From an uncultured bacterium (GTDB taxonomy: Bacteria; Patescibacteriota; Minisyncoccia; Phycocordibacterales; PALSA-1337): a DNA stretch of 48,160 nucleotides. Under the pieces are notes generated by a model. The model saw only the letters and a program-made list of their open reading frames with translations. It did no database searches and was not told where the DNA came from. How positions within the stretch are numbered: position 1 is the stretch's first letter; each line of letters opens with the position of its first letter. Positions 9,975-18,660 of this stretch are shown one piece after another. Location: assembly GCA_903876465.1 (NCBI GenBank), contig CAIRAF010000065.1:1-48160 (forward strand). The letters run 5' to 3'. Position numbers and translations under genes: made by a program.

Positions 9975-11030
9975 ATGAAGATTCAAGAAAACATACCACT
10001 CGCCTCATACACGACATTCAAGATTGGCGGCCCAGCCCGTTTTTTTTGTATTGTCACAAGTGTTGACGAAGTTAAGTCAGCAGTTATTTTTGCTAAAGAA
10101 AATAGTGTGCCATTTTTCGTTCTTGGAGGGGGTTCAAATTTACTTGTTTCAGATACAGGATTTCCGGGTTTAGTGATTAAAGTTGAAATTAAGGGAATTG
10201 AAATTAAAGAAGTTGGAAATAATGAAAATGAAATTATTAGAGTTGGAGCAGGGGAAATGTGGGATGATTTGGTTGAATACACGGTGAAGAACGGTTGGAA
10301 TGGTTTGGAAAATCTATCGGCTATTCCGGGAACTGTTGGCGCTGCGCCTGTTCAGAATATTGGCGCATATGGCACTGAAGTGGGATATTTTATTTCTGTA
10401 GTTAATGTATTTGATACAAAAGAGATGAAGGAGGTCACTATGCTTCCAAGAGATTGCCATTTTGGTTACAGGAATAGTACTTTTAAACATGAAAAAGGAC
10501 GTTATGTTATTACGAGTGTTGATTTTAAATTAAATAAAGACGGCAAAGTTAGTATTGAATACAGAGATCTGAAAGAGTATTTCAGCAAAGTTTCCACCGA
10601 CAGAGGAAATGGAGAAGTGACTCCTTCACAAGTTCGTGAAGCTGTTATTGATATTCGTTGGAATAAATTACCTGATTGGAATAAATGGGGGACTGCCGGT
10701 TCATTTTTCAAAAACCCTGTTATCTCAAAAGAAAAATTTGATGAATTGAAAACAAAATACCCGGCACTTCCTGGTTTTCCTGAAATTTCAATTGGAGGCA
10801 AATCTGATGGTCAGATGAAAATTCCTCTTGGTTGGATACTTGATAATGTTTGCAAAGCCAAAGGTGTGACGAGTGGTGGTGTTGGTACTTATAAGAATCA
10901 GGCGCTCGTTATTGTTACTAAGTCAGGAGCTACTGCTAAAGAGGTTGTGGACTTTACTCAAGGATTAATGAAGCAGGTGAAGGAAGCGACAGGTATTACT
11001 GTTGAGGCTGAGGTTGAGTGGGTCAATTAG
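9975..11030 (+). CDS. murB: UDP-N-acetylenolpyruvoylglucosamine reductase (UDP-N-acetylmuramate dehydrogenase)
   Basis: 351-aa ORF. LASYTTFKIGGPARFF and FVLGGGSNLLVSD FAD-binding motifs. Typical MurB C-terminal region. Confidence 0.9.
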   Translation: MKIQENIPLASYTTFKIGGPARFFCIVTSVDEVKSAVIFAKENSVPFFVLGGGSNLLVSDTGFPGLVIKVEIKGIEIKEVGNNENEIIRVGAGEMWDDLVEYTVKNGWNGLENLSAIPGTVGAAPVQNIGAYGTEVGYFISVVNVFDTKEMKEVTMLPRDCHFGYRNSTFKHEKGRYVITSVDFKLNKDGKVSIEYRDLKEYFSKVSTDRGNGEVTPSQVREAVIDIRWNKLPDWNKWGTAGSFFKNPVISKEKFDELKTKYPALPGFPEISIGGKSDGQMKIPLGWILDNVCKAKGVTSGGVGTYKNQALVIVTKSGATAKEVVDFTQGLMKQVKEATGITVEAEVEWVN

Positions 11031-11142
11031 CAAATTGACCTACTGGGTCAATTAGGGTATGGTCCGCGAGAACGATTGGGAAAGTTGAAGTATTTCCAAA
11101 TTTGTTTGAGGGGGAGGGGAGACTTGTCTCTCAAAAGATGAT

Positions 11143-11198
11143 GGATGAAACAAAATCGTCCATGGCTTAAAATATGGATGGACGAAAAATTTCCGTCC
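11143..11198 (+). repeat. Two-hairpin ~55-nt element, copy A (upstream of secA)
   Basis: ggatga-aacaaaa-tcgtcc, then atggcttaaaatatggat, then ggacg-aaaaatttc-cgtcc. About 80% identical to copy B at 13900-13954. Confidence 0.55.
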
Positions 11199-11265
11199 AA
11201 GCGAATTTTGGAACATGTGCCCTGGGTCAGCCAACATTTTTTTAACGTTGACATTTCCACATACC

Positions 11266-11294
11266 CCCTTCGCTTCGGCGGCGCGGGTTTTTTT
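11266..11294 (+). terminator. Terminator-like hairpin with C(UUCG)G tetraloop and T7 run, just upstream of the secA start
   Basis: ccc-tt-cgc[ttcg]gcg-gcgc-ggg followed by ttttttt. The stem is imperfect. It ends about 33 nt before the secA ATG. Confidence 0.3.
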
Positions 11295-11326
11295 CTTACT
11301 CCAAATGTGTTAAAGTGCCTGTTACT

Positions 11327-13882
11327 ATGTCTATTTTCAGTAAAATATTCAGTAATACCCATACCGCTAGTACCAAGAAATTTGAGCCTATAGTAGGCCA
11401 GATCAATGCTTTGGAGCAGGCGACGCAGAAACTATCTGACGCAGAACTTAAAGACAAAACAGCTGGCTTCAAAGCTCGCCTAACTGGTAAAACTATTGAG
11501 GAAGAAAAGAAAATTCTTGATGAGATACTTCCTGAAGCATTTGCTTTGGTTCGTGAAGCTAGTCGACGCACCCTTGGCCAGCGTCATTTTGACGTACAGC
11601 TTATTGGTGGAATGGTCCTCAATTCTGGTGGTATTGCCGAGATGCGTACTGGTGAAGGAAAGACGCTTGTCGCCACACTCCCAGCTTACCTAAATGCGCT
11701 CACTGGTCGTGGTGTGCACGTTGTTACTGTGAATGATTATCTTTCACGACGTGATGCGGCATGGATGGGTCAAATCTATGATGCACTAGGACTCACTGTT
11801 GCCGTCATCAATCATGAGAGTTCATTCCAATATGACAAGACTCATGGCACCAAAGAAGAAGATGAGACTGAAGACAAACTCGGATCTTTCAAGGTTGTGC
11901 ATGAATTCTTGCGTCCTGTCACACGCCGTGAGGCTTACAATGCTGACATCACCTATGGTACGAACAATGAATTTGGTTTCGACTATCTCCGCGACAATCT
12001 CGAATACGATGCTGCCAAACTCCGCCAACGCGAGCCAAACTACGTTGTAGTGGATGAGATCGACTCTATTCTCATAGATGAAGCACGTACACCACTTATT
12101 ATTTCTGCACCAACTCGTGACGCTGAAAGTGTTTATAAACAATTTTCTTCACTTACTTCTTCATATAAAAAGGATGAGGATTATACTGTTGATGAAAAGA
12201 AAAAAGCCATTTCACTTCTAGCGCCTGGTATAGAGAAAGCCGAGAAATCTTTAGGAATAAACAATCTATATACTGATGCAGGTATCAAGTTTGTTCATCA
12301 TCTTGAGACTGCTGTTCGAGCCAAGGCTCTGTACCAGAAAGATGTTGACTATGTTGTAAAGAATAATGAAATCATCATTGTTGATACATTTACTGGTCGT
12401 CTCCAGCCAGGACGTCGTTGGTCAGAAGGTTTGCATCAGGCTATTGAAGCTAAGGAGGGTGTTGCTATTCAACAAGAGTCTCGCACTTATGCTTCTATCA
12501 CTTTCCAAAACTTTTTCCGCATGTACAAGAAACTTTCTGGTATGACAGGTACAGCCACTACTTCGAGCGAAGAATTTTATAAAGTTTACGGACTTAATGT
12601 CTATCAGGTACCTACAAATAAGGATGCTGTACGTCTAGACAAACAAGATCAGATTTTCCAGACAGAAGTTGGTAAATACAAAGCCATTGCTCGTACTGTC
12701 AAAGAACTCCATAGTAAAGGTCAGCCAGTTTTGATTGGTACAGTTTCTATTGAAAAGAATGAATTACTTTCACAGTTTTTGAAAGGTGAAGGTGTGCCTC
12801 ATGAGATGTTGAATGCCAAGAATCACGAACGTGAAGGTGAGATCATAGCTCAAGCAGGCAAGCCAGGGGCAGTTACTATCGCTACGAACATGGCGGGCCG
12901 TGGTGTTGATATCAAGCTCGGTGGTAATCCAAATACGCCGGAAACTTACGAACAGATCAAGAACGCTGGTGGTCTTTTCGTTCTTGGTACTGAACGTCAT
13001 GAAGCTCGTCGTATCGATGATCAGCTTCGAGGTCGCGCAGGACGTCAAGGTGACCCAGGTGCTACGCAATTCTTTGTTTCTATGGAGGATTCACTTATGC
13101 GTGTCTTTGCTAGTGACACCATGAAATCAATGATGGGCAAATTGGGTGTAAAAGAAGATGAACCTATTCAGCATGGAATTATCTCGAAATCTCTTGAAAG
13201 TGCCCAAAAGAAAATTGAAGGATTTAACTTTGATTCACGTAAGCACGTTCTTGAATTCGATGATGTTATCAATAGTCAGAGAACAAGTATTTATGGAAAG
13301 CGACGTAAGCTTCTCCTTGGTTCTGTCGATGATGTTGAAAAGGAGTTAAATGATATTGTTGGCGTCATTGTTGATCCAGAAGATAAGACAAAAGAAGTTA
13401 TTGAAAAGAAAATAGCTGAATTTGGTCGTGACGCTTTCTTAAATGCCGTTCGCATCGTTCTTTTGCAGACTATTGATATGTATTGGGTTGAGCACTTAGA
13501 GGTCATGGATTATACCCGTTCAAGTGTAAATCTCCGAGCTTATGGTCAGCGTGACCCATTGATTGAGTATAAGAAGGAGGGTCTACGACTTTTCCGTGAA
13601 ATGAATGAAGCGATTCGTGGTCAGTTTATTCGTATTTTGCCAAATATTGTGCCGGTTAATTCTGCACAAGGCGGTTCAAATAATGGAAGTGTTCAGATAA
13701 AGGGAATAAAGGATGCTGAATTCAAGGAAATCAAAGATAATGCTCAAATAATCGGCGCGGGTGATGGCTCAAGTAAAGGAAGTAATTCTGCAGTAAAGAG
13801 TGCTCCAGAAGTTGGTAGGAATGATCCATGTCCTTGTGGTTCAGGTAAGAAATATAAAAAGTGTCACGGGGTTGGGAAGTAG
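11327..13882 (+). CDS. secA: Preprotein translocase ATPase SecA
   Basis: Motifs [41 protein letters not shown] and [20 protein letters not shown], plus the C-terminal zinc motif [14 protein letters not shown]. Start placed at ATG 11327 (MSIFSKIF...) rather than the upstream GTG at 11315. Confidence 0.95.
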   Translation: MSIFSKIFSNTHTASTKKFEPIVGQINALEQATQKLSDAELKDKTAGFKARLTGKTIEEEKKILDEILPEAFALVREASRRTLGQRHFDVQLIGGMVLNSGGIAEMRTGEGKTLVATLPAYLNALTGRGVHVVTVNDYLSRRDAAWMGQIYDALGLTVAVINHESSFQYDKTHGTKEEDETEDKLGSFKVVHEFLRPVTRREAYNADITYGTNNEFGFDYLRDNLEYDAAKLRQREPNYVVVDEIDSILIDEARTPLIISAPTRDAESVYKQFSSLTSSYKKDEDYTVDEKKKAISLLAPGIEKAEKSLGINNLYTDAGIKFVHHLETAVRAKALYQKDVDYVVKNNEIIIVDTFTGRLQPGRRWSEGLHQAIEAKEGVAIQQESRTYASITFQNFFRMYKKLSGMTGTATTSSEEFYKVYGLNVYQVPTNKDAVRLDKQDQIFQTEVGKYKAIARTVKELHSKGQPVLIGTVSIEKNELLSQFLKGEGVPHEMLNAKNHEREGEIIAQAGKPGAVTIATNMAGRGVDIKLGGNPNTPETYEQIKNAGGLFVLGTERHEARRIDDQLRGRAGRQGDPGATQFFVSMEDSLMRVFASDTMKSMMGKLGVKEDEPIQHGIISKSLESAQKKIEGFNFDSRKHVLEFDDVINSQRTSIYGKRRKLLLGSVDDVEKELNDIVGVIVDPEDKTKEVIEKKIAEFGRDAFLNAVRIVLLQTIDMYWVEHLEVMDYTRSSVNLRAYGQRDPLIEYKKEGLRLFREMNEAIRGQFIRILPNIVPVNSAQGGSNNGSVQIKGIKDAEFKEIKDNAQIIGAGDGSSKGSNSAVKSAPEVGRNDPCPCGSGKKYKKCHGVGK

Positions 13883-13899
13883 TATCCTGAATTTGAGTT

Positions 13900-13954
13900 G
13901 GACGAACTAAAATCGTCCATGGCTCAAAATAAGGGTGGACGAAAAAAGTTCGTC
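13900..13954 (+). repeat. Two-hairpin ~55-nt element, copy B (downstream of secA)
   Basis: ggacga-actaaaa-tcgtcc, then atggctcaaaataagggt, then (g)gacgaa-aaaag-ttcgtc. Starts 18 nt after the secA stop. Confidence 0.55.
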
Positions 13955-14000
13955 GATGTTATTTTGGAGGAAAGGTACCCGGGTCCATAAATATATTTTA

Positions 14001-14192
14001 ATGAAAAATAAGTCAGCTAATCCAGTTAAAGGAACTCTTTCTGTTGAGCATCTTCATCATTTTCGATGTGGTTCATGTGACAAATGGTGGTCCATTGGCG
14101 ATACATCAATAGTTTTACCAGGAAAGAATTCTGCAACAAATAAAGAGTGGTTTTGCCCGTGGTGTGGCAAGAAGAATGTTTTTGCAAAATAA
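14001..14192 (+). CDS. Small zinc-ribbon protein (two CxxC pairs)
   Basis: 63 aa from ATG 14001. FRCGSCDKWW ... FCPWCGKK form a Cys4 ribbon pattern. The start is uncertain because the ORF is open from 13935. The stop lies 1 nt before the next gene's ATG. Confidence 0.5.
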   Translation: MKNKSANPVKGTLSVEHLHHFRCGSCDKWWSIGDTSIVLPGKNSATNKEWFCPWCGKKNVFAK

Positions 14193-14193
14193 T

Positions 14194-14616
14194 ATGAGAA
14201 ATAGAGCTACGGCAATAATTATAAAAGATGAAAAAATTCTTCTTTTTAGAAGGATTAAGAAAGGTCTGGAGTATTTTATATTTCCAGGTGGTGGTGTGGA
14301 AGAAAATGAGACCACAGAAGAAGCGTTAAAGAGAGAGGTCGGAGAAGAGCTTAGTTTAGAGATTTCAAAATGGAAGCATCTTTTTGACATGGAAGTTAAT
14401 GTACCACCGGTATTTTTGGGACATGCTCATCAGAAGTATTTTTTGTACTTAATTGAAGAATACACTGGCACACCTGAAATTGGTGGACCAGAAAAAGAAG
14501 CGAATCGTGAGGATAATCAGTTTCATCTTGTCTGGATCCCGATAATCAATCTTAGCAAGATGGATAATTTATATCCGAAAGAGATAATCTCAAAGTTGAA
14601 TAAACATCACAAATAG
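14194..14616 (+). CDS. NUDIX hydrolase
   Basis: Canonical Nudix box FPGGGVEENETTEEALKREVGEELSL. Start set at ATG 14194 (MRNRATAIIIKDEKILL) to avoid overlapping the upstream ORF. Confidence 0.8.
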   Translation: MRNRATAIIIKDEKILLFRRIKKGLEYFIFPGGGVEENETTEEALKREVGEELSLEISKWKHLFDMEVNVPPVFLGHAHQKYFLYLIEEYTGTPEIGGPEKEANREDNQFHLVWIPIINLSKMDNLYPKEIISKLNKHHK

Positions 14617-14633
14617 CGTAGTATGGCAACACT

Positions 14634-15644
14634 ATGGCTTTTATCGATGAAATACAATTCCATGCCAAGGCTGGTAACGGTGGCGACGGTGTCGTCAGAT
14701 GGCGCCATGAGCGTGGCAAAGAGTTTTCTGGCGCAGCTGGAGGCAATGGAGGCGCTGGAGGAGATGTTTATGTTCGCGCTGTTCGCGACATCAATATTCT
14801 TGCACGTCACAAGGTAGTAAAAGAATTCAAGGCACGTAGCGGTGAAGCTGGCCAAAACTGGAGCCGTCAGGGCAAATTCGGTGAGGATTTCTATATTGAA
14901 TTGCCAATTGGCTCTGTTGTTAAAAACCTACAAACAGACCGTATAGTTGAACTTATTGAAGATGGTCAGGTTTCCAAGATACTCCACGGTGGTCGTGGCG
15001 GTGTTGGTAATGAGCACTTCAAAGCCTCAACGAACGTTACTCCAATGCAATCAACACCTGGAATGCCTGGTGAAGAGGCTGATTTCACTGTTGAACTAGA
15101 TCTTATTGCTGACGCTGGTCTTATTGGTCTGCCAAATGCAGGGAAGTCGAGCCTCCTCAACGCTATCACTCATGCCAATGCAAAGGTTGCTAGTTATGCC
15201 TTTACTACACTCGATCCTAACCTCGGCGCTCTCCCAGGTGGTTATATTCTCGCTGATATCCCAGGACTTATAGAAGGTGCATCAGAAGGTAAAGGCCTCG
15301 GTCATAAGTTTTTGAAGCATGTTAAGCGTACCAAGATCCTTTTGCACCTCATTTCACTAGAAAACACTGCTCTTGTTGGCACCTATAAGACCGTTAGAAA
15401 GGAATTGGAGAAGTTTGGTCACGGTCTATCAGATAAGAAAGAAATCATTATCCTCAGTAAAACTGACACCGTTACTGGCACACCTATTCAAATTAAGAAG
15501 AAAATTGCCGCAGCTCGTACAGCCCTCAAGAAATATAATAAGAATATCCTTGAAGTTTCGATACTTGACGATGCTTCACTCAAGAAGCTTACTGATCAAG
15601 TTACTGTTTTATTGCAAAAAGATAAAGTTGAGAAAGAAAATTAG
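14634..15644 (+). CDS. obg: GTPase Obg/CgtA
   Basis: Obg-fold N-terminus FIDEIQFHAKAGNGGDGVVRWRHE. G1 GLPNAGKSSL, G3 DIPGLIEGA, G4 SKTD. Confidence 0.95.
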   Translation: MAFIDEIQFHAKAGNGGDGVVRWRHERGKEFSGAAGGNGGAGGDVYVRAVRDINILARHKVVKEFKARSGEAGQNWSRQGKFGEDFYIELPIGSVVKNLQTDRIVELIEDGQVSKILHGGRGGVGNEHFKASTNVTPMQSTPGMPGEEADFTVELDLIADAGLIGLPNAGKSSLLNAITHANAKVASYAFTTLDPNLGALPGGYILADIPGLIEGASEGKGLGHKFLKHVKRTKILLHLISLENTALVGTYKTVRKELEKFGHGLSDKKEIIILSKTDTVTGTPIQIKKKIAAARTALKKYNKNILEVSILDDASLKKLTDQVTVLLQKDKVEKEN

Positions 15645-17110
15645 CCTAACTTCTTTACCAGAAGTTCTTTGATCACGGCTGGATTAGCAGCACCTTTTGT
15701 TGCTTTCATGGCCTGACCAATCAAAAATTGAAGGGAAGTGGTTTTTCCGGCCTTGTATTCTGCGATTACAGGCGCGTTATCAGCGATGACCTTATCAATA
15801 GCAGGCTCGAGAGAGGCAATGTCACTCTTTTGTATGAGCTCGTGCTTATCTGCAAGAGTCTTGGGTGAAGAGTTCTTTTCAGTTAAGAGTAATGTGAGAA
15901 GTTTTTTAGCTCCAGAGGATGAAATATCACCTTTACTGATCATTTCAATAAGTTCAGCAAAGTATTCAGGCTTGATTGTGTTTATTTGCTCAAGCCAATT
16001 TGTTCCTGCAACCAATCCTTTTTTTAATAGACCCGCATAATCAGTTAAAAGGTAATTAATCACCAACCGTACACTCTTCTCATCCTTTTTTGATAGCTTA
16101 CTAATAATAGTATCAAAATATTCTGTAAGCACTCCCTTATCATCATCAACAAACATTTCAGCCTCTTTATCGGTTGCTGCAAAATCCTTCTTAAATCGCT
16201 CACGACGTACCCAAGGCAATTCAACCAACTCCTTCGCAAGTGCATCTTTTGAAAATTCAGGAATTTCTGAAATCTTTAACTTCGGTATATCAGGTTCAGG
16301 GAAGTAGCGGTAGTCATGTGAACTTTCCTTCGATCTCTGTGAATATGTCTCTTCCGCTTTTTCATCCCAACCGCGGGTTTCCTGTTTTACTTTATCGCCA
16401 GCTTCGAGCAATTTGATTTGCCTCTTGATCTCGTAATCTATCGCACCTTCGACTGCACGGAATGAATTCAAATTCTTCACTTCAGTCTTAGTACCAAATT
16501 TCTTCGCAGCAGTGTTTTCTACTGAAGCAACAGAAATATTTGCTTCGACGCGCATTTCTCCTTTTTCCATATTTGCTTCACCTGCTCCCAAGTAGCGGAG
16601 AAGTAGTTGAAGTTCTTTTGCAAATGACGTTGCAGTTTTTCCGTCATGAATAGTTGGAGTGGTGACGAGCTCCATGAGAGGGACTCCAGAGCGATTGAAG
16701 TTCACCAAACTTTTTTCATGAGTGTCGTGAGTTGACTGAGCAGTATCTTCTTCGAGATGGATGCGTTCGAGTTTTATTCCTGCAAGGGTTCCACCAGAAA
16801 TGAGAGGGTAGGCGTACTGACTAATTTGGTAACCTTTCGGTATGTCAGGATAAAAATAATTTTTACGATCCCATTCAGTAAAGTCAGCAATTTTTCCGTC
16901 GACAGCAAGACCAATTTTTAAAACTGATTTGATTGCCTCGTGATTGAGAACAGGGAGAGTGCCAGGATGACCAAGACAGATCGAGCAGACATTTGCATTA
17001 GCTTTTTCTTCATCGGGATTATTCGCACAAGAACAAAACATTTTTGATTTTGTTTTGAGCTCCGCATGTATTTCTAGTCCGATCGTTGGTATGTATTCCA
17101 TAAAAGACAT
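15641..17110 (-). CDS. gatB: Asp-tRNA(Asn)/Glu-tRNA(Gln) amidotransferase subunit B
   Basis: 489-aa ORF. PTIGLEIHAELKTKSKMFCSC and CLGHPGTLPVLN. YqeY-like C-terminal tail. Confidence 0.95.
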   Translation of the reverse strand: MSFMEYIPTIGLEIHAELKTKSKMFCSCANNPDEEKANANVCSICLGHPGTLPVLNHEAIKSVLKIGLAVDGKIADFTEWDRKNYFYPDIPKGYQISQYAYPLISGGTLAGIKLERIHLEEDTAQSTHDTHEKSLVNFNRSGVPLMELVTTPTIHDGKTATSFAKELQLLLRYLGAGEANMEKGEMRVEANISVASVENTAAKKFGTKTEVKNLNSFRAVEGAIDYEIKRQIKLLEAGDKVKQETRGWDEKAEETYSQRSKESSHDYRYFPEPDIPKLKISEIPEFSKDALAKELVELPWVRRERFKKDFAATDKEAEMFVDDDKGVLTEYFDTIISKLSKKDEKSVRLVINYLLTDYAGLLKKGLVAGTNWLEQINTIKPEYFAELIEMISKGDISSSGAKKLLTLLLTEKNSSPKTLADKHELIQKSDIASLEPAIDKVIADNAPVIAEYKAGKTTSLQFLIGQAMKATKGAANPAVIKELLVKKLG

Positions 17111-17124
17111 AGTAACCTGAAATG

Positions 17125-17157
17125 AAAATAAATAAAAGCAGGAAGTTTTTTCCTGCT
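17125..17157 (-). terminator. Intrinsic terminator downstream of the 87-aa HTH gene
   Basis: Perfect 8-bp stem agcaggaa/ttcctgct with a 5-nt loop. On the minus strand it is followed by a T-rich run (tttatttatttt). Confidence 0.55.
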
Positions 17158-17206
17158 ATTTATCTCATCTCCAAACTTCTAACTCCTAGCTTCTAATTTC
17201 TTGTGA

Positions 17207-17470
17207 TTAATCTTCGTGCTTGACCATCAATTTTCGAGGACCTTTTGAAACCTTTTTCTGCGTAGGTCGCTTTTCTTTATTTGTCTCAATTTCTGTCAAG
17301 AGCTTTTCAATAGCTTCACGACGATATACACGATAGTTATTGAAGGGATGACGACTAGCCTCTAGCTTGCCATTATTGTCCCAGTTTCGAAGTGTTAATG
17401 CACTCACACCTAGTAATGATGAAGCCTCTTTAATTGTAAGTAATTTTTTATTGTTTGTTTCCATATGCAT
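17207..17470 (-). CDS. Small MerR/excisionase-type helix-turn-helix protein
   Basis: 87-aa ORF. LLTIKEASSLLGVSALTLRNWDNNGKLEASRHPFNNYRVYRREAIEKLL matches the HTH_17/MerR N-terminal pattern. Basic C-terminal tail. Confidence 0.7.
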   Translation of the reverse strand: MHMETNNKKLLTIKEASSLLGVSALTLRNWDNNGKLEASRHPFNNYRVYRREAIEKLLTEIETNKEKRPTQKKVSKGPRKLMVKHED

Positions 17471-17507
17471 ATATTATACATACTAAACCTTACTAAAGGT
17501 ATATACG

Positions 17508-17516
17508 TTATCCACA
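17508..17516 (+). promoter_or_regulatory. Perfect DnaA-box 9-mer TTATCCACA
   Basis: Exact match to the consensus DnaA box, in the 347-nt AT-rich divergent spacer. Confidence 0.3.
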
Positions 17517-17764
17517 ATGATTATTAATGTTTATAAATTATTACAATAGAGTTTTTAAGATCGTATCAGTTTTGTGAGCTGAATGTCATCTAAGTAATCA
17601 AATTTTTAAATAAATCAATTTACGAATTTGAGCCATTTAAATGAGCTAGGACAAGTTCGATTTTGTAATTGTAATAAGTACAAGGAAGTAGTTTTTTAGT
17701 GATTTTAGATGCATTTTGACGGGCATGTTTTTTCGTAATTTCTAATTAAAATTTAGGCTCTAGT

Positions 17765-17773
17765 TTATCCACA
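17765..17773 (+). promoter_or_regulatory. Perfect DnaA-box 9-mer TTATCCACA
   Basis: Second exact consensus box in the same spacer and orientation, 45 nt upstream of the ATG at 17818. Confidence 0.3.
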
Positions 17774-17803
17774 GTTTTCGAGCTTTAAAAACCACCTCGT
17801 CCG

Positions 17804-17809
17804 TATAAT
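17804..17809 (+). promoter_or_regulatory. Candidate -10 box (TATAAT) implying a leaderless or near-leaderless transcript
   Basis: tataat ends 8 nt before the ATG at 17818. No convincing -35 and no SD sequence seen. Confidence 0.3.
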
Positions 17810-17817
17810 GTTCCTGT

Positions 17818-18660
17818 ATGCAAAAGGACCAAATCATTATCAACGGAAAAGTCTTTCTCTCCACCCGCCGAGGTGCCGAGATAGCCGGATATTCTGCGGA
17901 TTATGTGGGACAACTTTGCAGGTCTGGAAAAATTGAATGTCGTAGAATTCGACGAGTTTGGTTCATCGAAAAGGATTCAATTTTGAGACACTCTGCCACC
18001 TATGCAAACGTAGCTACTAGAGCTAACGTAACTTCATTCAAACCTGAGGATTTTAAGCACTCAAGATCAAGCCTTATTTCGTCAGCATTTCCATTGCTAC
18101 TGACATCTCCACAAGGAGGCTCTGTTTCAAGTATGTCTGCTGGCATTTCTTATAACCAGCGTTCATATCAAAAAAGTACAAATTCATTCAGCACCGCAGT
18201 ATTTGCAGTGTTGTTGTTTATTGTTCTAGGTTTTTCTGTTGCCACACTATTCATGGGTCCTTTTGGACACACAAACTCTGGCACATCATCAAATCTCGTT
18301 GCTTCAGTGTCTGGCGCAGTAAATTCACTTGTTAACGATATCTTCGGTTTATTTAATCGTTCAAATACAAATTTAATTACAGATTTGAGTGTATCAGCAA
18401 ATAATTCTGATTCAGGAGCACCAACACAGGCTGGAATGGTAGTCGTGCCTTCACAAGGATCAACATCAAATAATACAAGACTTGCAAATGATATTACGAG
18501 CTCATTTTCAGATCCTGTCTCATTGAAGCAGTCTGTAGATGCAAATTCAGGAGTTATTACTCCAGTCTTCCGAACAGTGAAAGGAAAAGATTTCATGTAT
18601 GTGTTGGTACCGGTCAAAGCAGCGACTTCATCAGTAGCCACTTCTTCTCAAAATATATGA
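17818..18660 (+). CDS. Membrane-tethered helix-turn-helix protein (N-terminal HTH, one TM, S/T-rich extracytoplasmic C-terminus)
   Basis: 280-aa ORF. HTH-like FLSTRRGAEIAGYSADYVGQLCRSGKIECRRIRRVWFIEKDSI. TM segment FSTAVFAVLLFIVLGFSVATLFMG. Its stop overlaps the next start (ATGA at 18657-18660), consistent with translational coupling. Confidence 0.7.
   Translation: MQKDQIIINGKVFLSTRRGAEIAGYSADYVGQLCRSGKIECRRIRRVWFIEKDSILRHSATYANVATRANVTSFKPEDFKHSRSSLISSAFPLLLTSPQGGSVSSMSAGISYNQRSYQKSTNSFSTAVFAVLLFIVLGFSVATLFMGPFGHTNSGTSSNLVASVSGAVNSLVNDIFGLFNRSNTNLITDLSVSANNSDSGAPTQAGMVVVPSQGSTSNNTRLANDITSSFSDPVSLKQSVDANSGVITPVFRTVKGKDFMYVLVPVKAATSSVATSSQNI

Noticed and set aside
9745-10066. 60-aa and 84-aa plus-strand ORFs in the GC-rich spacer upstream of murB.
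   Set aside because: They are short, overlap each other and murB, and show no coding-like features. The region has RNA-like stems instead.
11048-11362. 104-aa minus-strand ORF (and 11052-11237, 11145-11393) in the murB-secA spacer.
   Set aside because: No motifs, odd composition, and they span hairpins and a terminator-like element. The region is better explained as structured non-coding sequence.
17207-17470. Excisionase-like HTH gene as a marker of a prophage or integrative element carrying the tail-fibre-like giant gene.
   Set aside because: I recognise no integrase, terminase, capsid, tail-tube or att-like direct repeats anywhere in the window. The flanking genes are housekeeping, and HTH_17-type proteins also occur as ordinary regulators.
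18168-18641. 157-aa minus-strand ORF opposite the 3' half of the membrane-tethered HTH gene.
   Set aside because: The plus frame is continuous with an HTH and a TM helix and is translationally coupled (ATGA) to the next gene. The antisense ORF has no signal, motif or sensible neighbours.
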